NCBI GenBank assembly: GCA_027021705.1 | Contig: JALUTT010000145.1 | Span: forward strand, 32,001-96,000 | Direction: 5' to 3' | From: Anaerolineae bacterium | Lineage (GTDB): Bacteria > Chloroflexota > Anaerolineae > S140-20 | DNA: 64,000 nucleotides | Shown: piece after piece, positions 55,983 through 64,000 of the stretch | Layout of the letters: each line of letters opens with the position of its first letter | Numbering within the stretch: the stretch's first letter is position 1 | Notes under the pieces: generated by a model | The model's input: the letters and a program-made list of their open reading frames with translations, nothing else | Told to the model about the DNA's origin: nothing | The model's database searches: none | Program-made: the position numbers and the translations under genes

Positions 55983-57538
55983 TGGGGGAGCAGGCTCCTG
56001 GGATGGTGCGCCGGGACTTCTGGCGGTTGGCCTGGGACTTGCTGGTTCACGACATCACCCTGGCCCTCTTGCTGGTCGGGGTGGCCTTGACCTCTTTGCT
56101 CCTCGCCGTGCTCCCTCAGATGCCGGCCGGCGGGCCGGCGGGTGACCCTTCGGCCTACGCCCGCTGGATCAGCGAGGTGACCCGCACCTGGGGGCGGTGG
56201 CGAGGGCTCCTGGAGGGGGCGGGGCTCTTCGCCATTGGGCGGGCGGTCTGGTTTCGCCTCCTCCTGGCGGCGACGGCCTTGAGCTTGGGGTTGCGGGGTG
56301 TCCGGGCGATCTGGCAGCTCTGGGAGGGGCGGCAGCCCGTCGCGTCGCCGCCGGCGGGCCTGCCCAGGGCATCGCTGGAGGGGACACCCTCGGCGCTGGC
56401 CCGGCGGCTCCGGCAACAGCGCTGGCGGCTCCGCACCGCCCCCGACGACGACACCCACACCCTCTACCTGGCCGACCGCTGGCCTTGGGGGCCGCTCGGC
56501 GGCCTGTTGGCCCATTGGGGGCCGCTCCTCTGGCTGGTCGGCCTGCTCCTCTGGGCGACCGGCGGCTGGGAGGTGCGGGAGATCCGGCTGGCGGCGGGCC
56601 AGGCAGCCGCGCTGGGGGGCGGGACCGACTACACGGTCGAGTTGCACGCCCTGGATGCGGCCTCCTCTCAGGCCCAAGTGATCCTCTGGAGTCGAGGGGT
56701 GGCGGTGGGGCAGGGAACCGTCGGGTCGGGACAGGTCCTGCGGACGGGGGGGCTGGTCGTGCGCCTGACGGCCGTCCGCTACGCCCTGGAGGTCGAGGGC
56801 ACCACGGCCGATGGGGAGCCGTTGCCCCTGCGCATCGCCGCCAGTGCCAACCCCGAGGAGCGCCTCTTCCTGCTCTTTGCGCCGGATCAGGTGGACCAGT
56901 ACTTCGCAGCGCCGGAGGCGGAGTTCGCCGCCCAGGTCACGCTGACCGACCTGGAGGCGCCGGTGCCTCGGCTGCGCATCTACCGCAGCCGGACGGGAGC
57001 CCCCGTCTACGACGCCCCGTTGCCGGAGGATGGGGTGGTCGCCCTCTCCAACGCCACCCTGCACTTCCGACCTACCCACTACGCCGTGCTGGAGGCGGTG
57101 CGCAACCCCGGCCTGCCCTGGCAAGGGGTTGGGCTGACCCTGACCGGGGTGGGGGTGCTGGGGATGCTCTTCTGGCCGGCCTGGCGTCTCTGGTTGCGGG
57201 AAGGTGGCACCGAGGGGGAAGAGGACGAGGCCCGGCCGCGCACCGAGGTGGTGGGCGAGCCGCCGGCGGCCTTGGTCTGGCTGGAGGGGTGGGCGGCCGG
57301 TGGGGAGGCGACGCAGGGTTGGCGTCCTCGGCTCCTGGGGTGGGGGCCGTCCTTCTTGGTGGCCCTGGTCACGTTGGGGTTGCTGGGGGTGGCCGCCGGA
57401 GGGATGGTGACGCAGGGACGTTTCCCGGCCCGACCGATGGAGTGGGAGGCGTTGGCCGGGTGGCTCCTCCTGGTGGCAGGGGGGCTGTGTCGGAGGACAC
57501 TGCTCGCTCGCAAATGGCGCCCCCCAGATGGTCTATGA
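55982..57538 (+). CDS. ResB/Ccs1-like cytochrome c biogenesis membrane protein
   Basis: TM...LPQ, GLF..GRAVWF.LLL, LLAHWG (conserved His position), NPGLP plus TM. TGATG coupling to the dynamin gene. Confidence 0.6.
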   Translation: MGEQAPGMVRRDFWRLAWDLLVHDITLALLLVGVALTSLLLAVLPQMPAGGPAGDPSAYARWISEVTRTWGRWRGLLEGAGLFAIGRAVWFRLLLAATALSLGLRGVRAIWQLWEGRQPVASPPAGLPRASLEGTPSALARRLRQQRWRLRTAPDDDTHTLYLADRWPWGPLGGLLAHWGPLLWLVGLLLWATGGWEVREIRLAAGQAAALGGGTDYTVELHALDAASSQAQVILWSRGVAVGQGTVGSGQVLRTGGLVVRLTAVRYALEVEGTTADGEPLPLRIAASANPEERLFLLFAPDQVDQYFAAPEAEFAAQVTLTDLEAPVPRLRIYRSRTGAPVYDAPLPEDGVVALSNATLHFRPTHYAVLEAVRNPGLPWQGVGLTLTGVGVLGMLFWPAWRLWLREGGTEGEEDEARPRTEVVGEPPAALVWLEGWAAGGEATQGWRPRLLGWGPSFLVALVTLGLLGVAAGGMVTQGRFPARPMEWEALAGWLLLVAGGLCRRTLLARKWRPPDGL

Positions 57539-57583
57539 GCTGAGCACTCCTGGGCCTTTTGAACACACCTGTGGGGAGGGCGT

Positions 57584-57814
57584 GTGAATGCGCCGGCCAT
57601 CTCTCGTGCCGTCTCTGCCTACGCAGCCCAGTTGAGCTTGGGAACCAGCGTGGTAGAGTATTTGAAGATCCCTGTTTGGGATCCGGCGAACTCCATTCAT
57701 CGGCGATTGGCGCAACTGGCCAAGGAGATAACTGCAAGGGGGAAACCGCCTACGCAGGGTGAGATCCGCGAGGTAGACCGGCTGGCTATGAAAATCCTCG
57801 ACCCGAGAGCGTGA
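57584..57814 (+). pseudogene. Possible C-terminal remnant of a Type IIG-like restriction-modification protein
   Basis: NAPAI...LKIPVWDPANSIHRRLAQLA...EVDRLA resembles the C-termini of N6-methylase/endonuclease fusions. More AT-rich than its flanks. Confidence 0.45.
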
Positions 57815-57866
57815 AGTGGACCTAGCACCTCTCGTCCGCACGACGCCGCGTGAACTTTAGCTTGAT

Positions 57867-58112
57867 ATGAAGACGGTGGTTGTGGAAGCAGAAGTGCAGG
57901 AGGACGGCCGGCTGCGCCTGGATACACCGGTGGACCTGCCGCCGGGCAGAGTTGAGGTCGTCCTGGTCATTCAGCCGACTGAGACCTCCGGTCCTCCTTA
58001 CCCAACCTTGGCAGGGCGCTGGCGCGACCTGTTTCCTCTCGATTTCGACCTGGACCGTGCACTGCACGAGATCCGCCATGCATGGGAGCAGGAGTGGGAG
58101 AGCTTAGGGTAG
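57867..58112 (+). CDS. Small antitoxin-like hypothetical protein (no toxin adjacent)
   Basis: EAEVQEDGRLRL.TP.DLPPGRVEVVLV, LAGRW, LHEIRHAW. Confidence 0.6.
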   Translation: MKTVVVEAEVQEDGRLRLDTPVDLPPGRVEVVLVIQPTETSGPPYPTLAGRWRDLFPLDFDLDRALHEIRHAWEQEWESLG

Positions 58113-60199
58113 GTGGACCGGGGCTAGAAAGAGCGCTGCTCTCCGTCGCCCGGCGGTTCTGGCCCGCCCTGGGGACGATGGAGGGGCGGGAACGGACCGT
58201 CGGGGTGGGGGATGTGGTGGGCGTCCTCTACAGCCTCCCCCTGCTGCTGGGGGGCTTGGCCTGGTTGGCCGCCGCTACCGACCCGGCGGTCCTGCGGCAA
58301 GCCTGGCCAGTGCTCCTGCTCCTCTTCCTCCTCCTCTTCCTCTTCCAGCGGCTTGCGTTTTACCTCTTCGTCGAGATCAGGCCGGGGACCTTCGCCAACT
58401 TCGAGGGAACGCTGGGGGCCGTGGTCGTCTGGTCGGCGGCCCTCATCTTCGGCCCGACGGCCCTGTGGCCCCTGGTCCTCCGCCAGGCCATCGGCTTCGC
58501 CCGGCACTGGCGGCGGGCTGCCTCCCCCGGCCTGCGCTGGAACCTGGCCCGCAATGCGACGCTGGGGATCGCGGAGGCGGCCGTCAGCAGCCTGACCGCC
58601 CTGGCCCTCTACGAACGCTGGGGCGGCCTCTTCCCCCTGCCGGGGCTGCGGCCCGATGCGGCCCTGCTGGCCCTCGCCGCGACCTTCATCCGCTTCCTGC
58701 TGGCGGCCCTGATCTGGATGCCCTTGGTGGTCTACTTCGCCACCGCCCGGCCCCTGGCCCTGGCCGAGAGTGCGGCCGCGCTGAGGACCTTCGTCGGCTT
58801 CCTGGTGATGGCGCTGGGCTGGCCGGCCCTGGTGGATCCCTTCGCCATCCTGGCGGCGGGCCTCTACGCCCAGAGCGGGGTGGGGGCCTACCTCTTCTTC
58901 ATCCTCGGGCTGCTCCTGACCAGCCTCTTGGCCCACCGGTTGAGCCAGGCCGTCGAGCGGAGCCAGCAGCGCTCCCGCGAGCTGGCGAAGCTGGAGGCCC
59001 TGGGCCGCGCGGTGATCAAGGCCCCGCCCGATGCCTCCACCCTGCCCGACCTCCTGCGCGAGCACGTCCCCGCCATGTTCCCGGAGAGCCGGATCGCCAT
59101 CCGCCTCTTCCCCGACCGGACCCTCCTGCGCTATCCCCGGGGAGAGCCGCCGGTGGCCGACGCCGCCTGGACGTGGCTGGAGACGGCGGACGAGGCCCGT
59201 TGCTTCCTGCCGGGGGCGGCGCTGCCCTGGGACGGGCGGCCGACCGAGAGGGCGTTGGTGGTGGCCCCCATCCTCGACGTGGAGCGGGGGGAGCCCATCG
59301 GGGGGATCTGCCTGTCGCCGCTGCGGGAGCCCAAGGCGGCGGTGGGGCTGCTCCCGGCGGTGCAGGCCCTGGCCGCCCAGGTCGCCTCGGCCCTGCACGG
59401 TGCCGAGGTCTACGCCCGGACCCTGGCCCACCAGCGGGTGGCTCAGGAGCTGGCCCTGGCGGGGAGGATCCAGGCCAGCTTCCTGCCGGGAGCCTTGCCG
59501 GAGGTCCCCGGGTGGCAGGTGGCGGCGGTGCTGGAGCCGGCCCGGGAGACCTCGGGCGACTTTTACGACTTCATCCCCCTGTCCGACGGGCGGTTGGGCC
59601 TCCTGGTCGCCGACGTGGCCGACAAAGGGGTGGGGGCGGCCCTCTACATGGCCCTCAGCCGCACCCTCCTGCGCACCTACGCGGTCGAGTACGCGACCCG
59701 GCCCGAACGGGTGCTCGCCGCCGCCAACCGGCGCATCCTGGCCGACGCCCAGGCGGGCCTCTTCATCACCGTCTTCTACGGCGTGCTCGACCCGCCCAGC
59801 GGGAGGCTCACCTACGCCAGCGCCGGCCACAACCCGCCCTACCTCGTCCGGGCGGCCGGCGAAGCGGGGAGAGCGGTGCAGACCCTGCGGAGGACGGGCA
59901 TCCCCCTGGGCATCCTCGACGAAGGGACCTGGGAGCGGCGGACGGTCCACCTGGCCCCCGGCGACCTGCTGGTGCTCTATACCGACGGCGTCACCGAGGC
60001 CCAGAACGCCCAGGGGCGTTTCTTCGGCGAGGAGCGGCTGCTGGCGGTCCTGCAGGCCCATCGGGAACGCCCGGCCCAGGCGGTGTGCGACGCGCTGTTG
60101 ACGGCGGTCCGGGAGTTCGCCGGGGGAGCCCCTCCGTCGGACGACATCACCCTGGTCGTCGTGGCACGACAGGGAGCGCGGAAGGAGGCAGAGACCTGA
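58082..60199 (+). CDS. Membrane-bound PP2C/SpoIIE (RsbU-like) phosphatase with GAF-like region, start uncertain
   Basis: Multi-TM N-terminus. IQASFLP, SGDFYD, ADVADKG, SAGHNPP, YTDGVTEA, DDITL. Confidence 0.9.
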   Translation: MGAGVGELRVGGPGLERALLSVARRFWPALGTMEGRERTVGVGDVVGVLYSLPLLLGGLAWLAAATDPAVLRQAWPVLLLLFLLLFLFQRLAFYLFVEIRPGTFANFEGTLGAVVVWSAALIFGPTALWPLVLRQAIGFARHWRRAASPGLRWNLARNATLGIAEAAVSSLTALALYERWGGLFPLPGLRPDAALLALAATFIRFLLAALIWMPLVVYFATARPLALAESAAALRTFVGFLVMALGWPALVDPFAILAAGLYAQSGVGAYLFFILGLLLTSLLAHRLSQAVERSQQRSRELAKLEALGRAVIKAPPDASTLPDLLREHVPAMFPESRIAIRLFPDRTLLRYPRGEPPVADAAWTWLETADEARCFLPGAALPWDGRPTERALVVAPILDVERGEPIGGICLSPLREPKAAVGLLPAVQALAAQVASALHGAEVYARTLAHQRVAQELALAGRIQASFLPGALPEVPGWQVAAVLEPARETSGDFYDFIPLSDGRLGLLVADVADKGVGAALYMALSRTLLRTYAVEYATRPERVLAAANRRILADAQAGLFITVFYGVLDPPSGRLTYASAGHNPPYLVRAAGEAGRAVQTLRRTGIPLGILDEGTWERRTVHLAPGDLLVLYTDGVTEAQNAQGRFFGEERLLAVLQAHRERPAQAVCDALLTAVREFAGGAPPSDDITLVVVARQGARKEAET

Positions 60200-61329
60200 T
60201 GGACGACGTGGTCATTGTCGCAGCGGTGCGGACGCCGGTGGGGCGGGGGAAGCCCGATGGAGCGCTGAGCGCCATCCCGCCGGTCAAGCTGCTGGCCTTG
60301 GTGCTGCGGGAGGTCGTGCGCCGGGCCGGCGTCGAGCCGGGGCAGGTGGAAGATGTGATCGTCGGCTGCGTCACCCAGACGGGGGAGCAGGGGGCCAACA
60401 TCGCCCGCCTGGCGGCCCTCTACGCCGGCTTCCCCGTGGAGGTGCCGGCCCTCAGCCTCAACCGGATGTGCGGCTCCAGCCAACAGGCGGCCCACTTCGC
60501 CGCCCAGGCCATCCTGGCGGGCGATATGGAGCTGGTCATCGCCGCCGGCGTCGAGAGCATGAGCCGGGTGCCGATGGGGAGCGACTGGCCCTCCCAGTGG
60601 CCCGCCGACTTCCCCTACCCACTGGTCCATCAGGGGATCAGCGCCGAGATGATGGCCGAGCGGTGGGGGCTCTCGCGGGAGGAGCTGGACGACTTTTCTT
60701 TCGAGAGCCACCGGAAGGCGGCGGCGGCCACCCGGGCCGGCCACTTCCAGGCCGAGATCGTGCCGGTGGAGACGGAGCGGGGGGAGGTCACGGTGGACGA
60801 GGGGATCCGCTTCGAGCCCGATCGGGAGAAGATGGCGGCCCTGAAGCCGGTCTTCAAGGCGGACGGCGTCATCACGGCCGGCAACGCCAGCCAGATCTCC
60901 GACGGGGCGGCGGCCCTGCTGCTGGCCTCGGGGCGGCGGGCGGCCGCGCTGGGGCTGCGACCGCTGGCGGTGGTGCGGGCGCGGGCGGTGGTGGGGACCG
61001 ACCCGGTGCTGATGCTGGACGGGCCGATCCCGGCGACCCGGGCGGTGTTGCAGCGGGCGGGGCTTCGCCTGGCCGACATAGACAGCTTCGAGGTGAACGA
61101 AGCCTTCGCCTCGGTGCCCCTGGCCTGGGCCCGGGAACTCCGGCCCCCGATGGAGCGGGTGAACCCCGACGGCGGGGCCATCGCCCTGGGCCATCCCCTG
61201 GGGGCGACGGGGGCGCGGCTGATGACGACGCTGGCCCACCGGCTGGTCCGCACCGGAGCCCGCTATGGCCTGCAGACGATGTGCATCGGCCACGGCATGG
61301 CCACGGCGACGATCCTGGAGCGGGCGTAG
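60199..61329 (+). CDS. Thiolase (acetyl-CoA acyltransferase)
   Basis: AVRTP, NRMCGSS, GVESMS, TAGNASQISDGA, NEAFA, GGAIALGHP.GATG, MCIGHG. Confidence 0.95.
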   Translation: MDDVVIVAAVRTPVGRGKPDGALSAIPPVKLLALVLREVVRRAGVEPGQVEDVIVGCVTQTGEQGANIARLAALYAGFPVEVPALSLNRMCGSSQQAAHFAAQAILAGDMELVIAAGVESMSRVPMGSDWPSQWPADFPYPLVHQGISAEMMAERWGLSREELDDFSFESHRKAAAATRAGHFQAEIVPVETERGEVTVDEGIRFEPDREKMAALKPVFKADGVITAGNASQISDGAAALLLASGRRAAALGLRPLAVVRARAVVGTDPVLMLDGPIPATRAVLQRAGLRLADIDSFEVNEAFASVPLAWARELRPPMERVNPDGGAIALGHPLGATGARLMTTLAHRLVRTGARYGLQTMCIGHGMATATILERA

Positions 61330-61348
61330 GGCATGTCTGGAGACGCCG

Positions 61349-61377
61349 TTGTCGAAACCGCCTCGCTGTACTATAAT
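61349..61377 (+). promoter_or_regulatory. Putative sigma70-type promoter
   Basis: TTGTCG-17 nt-TATAAT. Confidence 0.65.
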
Positions 61378-61406
61378 CCTTAACAGACCTGGCGAGGAGA
61401 GGTGAG

Positions 61407-63761
61407 ATGCGTTACGACATCCAGGCGATGCCCAAAGTGCTGGCTGTCTACCTGCGGCTCTCCGAGTACCCCATCCTGGCCCGGAGGATTCGGGAGCGGA
61501 TGCGCCAGGAGCTCTTTGCCCGGGGCATCATCAGCCGTGAGCAGTTCGAGGCCGAGGTGCGGGCCAAGGCCATCCACACTCAGAAGGAAGAGGGGCTCTC
61601 GAACCCCCTGGTCCAGGAGTCGGCCGAGGAGTGGGAGGAGCGGGTCCGCATCATCCGCGACCACCTCACCGACTTCTACTTTGCCCTGAACCTCCCCTAT
61701 ACCCTCTTCGAGGAGATCGTCCGCTCCGTCCTCAGCCCTCGGAGGCCGGGGGAGGAGATCATCCTGACCTTCAACCCCGAGCTGGCCCCCTGGGACATCC
61801 TCTTCGCCCAGGCCGAAGAGTACGAGAAGCTGCCGCCGGAGAAGAAGGCCAAGATCCACCATCACCTCCAGGAGATCATCGTCGTCCTGACCCGGGGGAT
61901 GATCAGCGACCAGTTGGACTTCATCGCCCTGGCCCGGACCCATTTCAACATCTTTGACCTGAAGCGGATCTACCAGAGCCGCATCGGGCGGGGCAAGATC
62001 GGGGGCAAGGCGGCGGGGATCATGCTGGCCTACAAGATCCTGCGGGAGGATGATCCCGAGGACCCTCTGCCCATCAGTCAGCATGTCGCCGTCCCAGAGT
62101 CCTACTTCCTGGGGGCCGACGTCTTCTACGACTTCCTGGCCTACAACGAGCTCTTTCCCTACTTCAATCAGAAGTACAGGACGCGGGAGGAGATCGAGGC
62201 CAGCTACCCCCGGATTTACCACAACTTCATTCAGGGCCACTTCCCCGAGGATGTGGTGGAGCGGCTGGAGGCGCTGCTAGAGCGGGTGGGGAACCGTCCG
62301 CTGATCGTGCGCTCCTCCAGTCTGCTGGAGGACAACTTTGGCTACTCCTTCGCCGGCAAGTACGACAGCTTCTTCTGCCCCAACCAGGGGACGCCGGAGG
62401 AGAACCTGCGGGCGCTGCTCAACGCCATCCGCCGCGTCTACGCCAGCACCCTGAAGCCTGATGCTCTCTTCTACCGCCAGCAGGTGGGGCTGGTGGACTA
62501 TGACGAACGGATGGCCGTCCTGATCCAGCGGGTCGAGGGCTTCCAGTATGGGCGTTACTTCTTCCCGCCTGTGGCTGGCGTTGGGTTCAGCCGCAACCCC
62601 TTCCGCTGGAACCGGCGCATCCGACGGGAGGATGGCTTCCTGCGGCTGGTCTGGGGGCTGGGGACCCGGGCGGTGGACCGGGTGGCCAACGACTACCCCC
62701 GCATCGTCGCCCTCAGCCACCCTCAGCTTCGCCCGGAGATGACGGCGGCGAAGATCAAGAAGTACTCCCAGCGCTTTGTGGACGTGATAGACCTGGAGGA
62801 GAACCGCTTCAAGACCCTGCCTGTCGCCGAGGTAATCTCCAGCGACTATCCGGGCATCGAGTTGCTGGCCTCGGTGGACGAGGGGGACTACCTGCGGCCC
62901 CTCCACTTCCGGGAGCCGAACCTGCCGCCCCGGTCGCTGGTGCTCACTTTCGACCGCCTGCTTCGGGAGAAGAGCTTTACCACCCTGATGCGGGCGATCC
63001 TGAAGAAGCTGGAGTGGGCCTACGGCCGGCCGGTGGACATCGAGTTCGCCCTGGAGATTGTGCCGGATTACCCGCACCCTCGGTTCGTCGTTCACCTGCT
63101 CCAGTGCCGGCCCCTGAGCAGTTGGGAGCCCCAGCGGGTCTACCAGCTCCCTCAGCACGTCTCGGAGCGGGACATCGTCTTCGTCGCCACCCGCCTGGTG
63201 CCTGAGGGGGTTGTCTCCCGGGTCGAGTACGTGGTCTACGTGGATCCCCACAAGTACGACGCCATCCCGGACCACGCGACCAAGTACGCCATCGGTCGGG
63301 TCATCGGACGCTTGAACAAGAAGCTGGAGGGCCACCCCTACATCTTGATCGGACCGGGCCGGTGGGGGAGTTCCAACATTGACCTGGGGGTGAAAGTGAC
63401 GTATGCGGACATCTACAACGCTTCGATGCTGGTCGAGGTCGCCTTCGCCGGCGCCGAGGGGACGCCCGAGGTCTCCTACGGCACCCACTTCTTCCAAGAC
63501 CTGATCGAGGCCAACATCTATCCACTGCCCCTCTACCCCGACGAGGATGGCGCGGTCTTCAACCGGACCTTCTTCGAGACCTCGCCCAACGTGCTGACGC
63601 GGTTCCTGCCGGAGGATGCCCGGTACGCCGACTACGTTCGGGTCATTGACGTCCGGGAGGTGGCGGGCGGTCGGCTGTTGGAGGTGGTGATGAGCGCCGA
63701 TGAGGAGCGGGCGGTGGCCTACCTACGCCGCTATCCCGATGATGGACGCGATGGGAGGTGA
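61407..63761 (+). CDS. PEP-synthase/PPDK N-terminal (ATP-grasp) domain protein lacking His-swivel and PEP-binding domains
   Basis: IGGKAAG, VRSSSLLED, FAGKYDS, GLGTRAV, DIEFA, LQCRP, GPGRWGS, SYGTHFF. Confidence 0.85.
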   Translation: MRYDIQAMPKVLAVYLRLSEYPILARRIRERMRQELFARGIISREQFEAEVRAKAIHTQKEEGLSNPLVQESAEEWEERVRIIRDHLTDFYFALNLPYTLFEEIVRSVLSPRRPGEEIILTFNPELAPWDILFAQAEEYEKLPPEKKAKIHHHLQEIIVVLTRGMISDQLDFIALARTHFNIFDLKRIYQSRIGRGKIGGKAAGIMLAYKILREDDPEDPLPISQHVAVPESYFLGADVFYDFLAYNELFPYFNQKYRTREEIEASYPRIYHNFIQGHFPEDVVERLEALLERVGNRPLIVRSSSLLEDNFGYSFAGKYDSFFCPNQGTPEENLRALLNAIRRVYASTLKPDALFYRQQVGLVDYDERMAVLIQRVEGFQYGRYFFPPVAGVGFSRNPFRWNRRIRREDGFLRLVWGLGTRAVDRVANDYPRIVALSHPQLRPEMTAAKIKKYSQRFVDVIDLEENRFKTLPVAEVISSDYPGIELLASVDEGDYLRPLHFREPNLPPRSLVLTFDRLLREKSFTTLMRAILKKLEWAYGRPVDIEFALEIVPDYPHPRFVVHLLQCRPLSSWEPQRVYQLPQHVSERDIVFVATRLVPEGVVSRVEYVVYVDPHKYDAIPDHATKYAIGRVIGRLNKKLEGHPYILIGPGRWGSSNIDLGVKVTYADIYNASMLVEVAFAGAEGTPEVSYGTHFFQDLIEANIYPLPLYPDEDGAVFNRTFFETSPNVLTRFLPEDARYADYVRVIDVREVAGGRLLEVVMSADEERAVAYLRRYPDDGRDGR

Positions 63762-63769
63762 TCTCGGAG

Positions 63770-64000
63770 ATGTCAGCTTCAGACGTGGGAGCCGAAAAGG
63801 GTCTGACGGTCTACGGCACCACCTGGTGTCCCAGCGTGCGGCGTGTCCGGCGTTTCCTGGACCGCCGTCAGATCCCGTACCGGTGGGTGGACATTGACGA
63901 AGACGCCGAGGGGCGGGCCTTCGTCGAACAAGTCAACAACGGGATGCGCAGCGTGCCCACCATCGTCTTTGAGGATCGTTCGATCCTGGTGGAGCCCAGC
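63770..64000 (+). CDS. Glutaredoxin-like (mycoredoxin/NrdH-like) protein, runs off the window
   Basis: Own translation: MSASDVGAEKGLTVYGTTWCPSVRRVRRFL...WVDIDED...NNGMRSVPTIVF...LVEPS. GGAGGTG RBS. Confidence 0.85.
   Translation, partial: MSASDVGAEKGLTVYGTTWCPSVRRVRRFLDRRQIPYRWVDIDEDAEGRAFVEQVNNGMRSVPTIVFEDRSILVEPS

Noticed and set aside
58124..60061. Long antisense or alternate-frame ORFs here and throughout (e.g. 51231-53420, 54081-55910, 27534-29321)
   Set aside because: They are shadows of well-supported genes in high-GC DNA and have no family motifs.
1..64000. tRNA, rRNA, tmRNA, SRP RNA, prophage, integrase or autonomous IS
   Set aside because: No recognisable signatures were seen by eye; a covariance-model scan was not possible.

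Overview
GC-rich bacterial chromosomal segment, probably Chloroflexota/Anaerolineae-like. This is inferred from a secreted protein ending in a 'VYLPV' motif, futalosine-type menaquinone genes, FBP aldolase/phosphatase and LonC. The backbone is housekeeping and metabolic: tpiA, upp, ruvB, rpiA, ubiX/mqnP/mqnL, ftsK, tsaC, thrC, fbp, prs, LonC, a dynamin-like GTPase, a thiolase, three ABC transporters, glycosyltransferases and signalling proteins. No rRNA, tRNA, CRISPR array, transposase or integrase was found. The most unusual layer is non-coding and accessory. (i) At least six small, more AT-rich toxin-antitoxin (TA)-type cassettes are wedged between co-oriented genes, often with the toxin truncated and the antitoxin kept. 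One is enclosed by two ~55-bp inverted arms built from 8-mer repeats and has its own promoter. (ii) A composite non-autonomous element (14-bp GAG-ended TIRs, 9-bp TSD) occurs as 541-bp and 891-bp copies that differ by two 175-bp tandem units. (iii) A 122-bp MITE with 8-bp TSDs occurs in four copies, two of them just downstream of -10 boxes. All family assignments come from motif recognition by eye; no searches were run.
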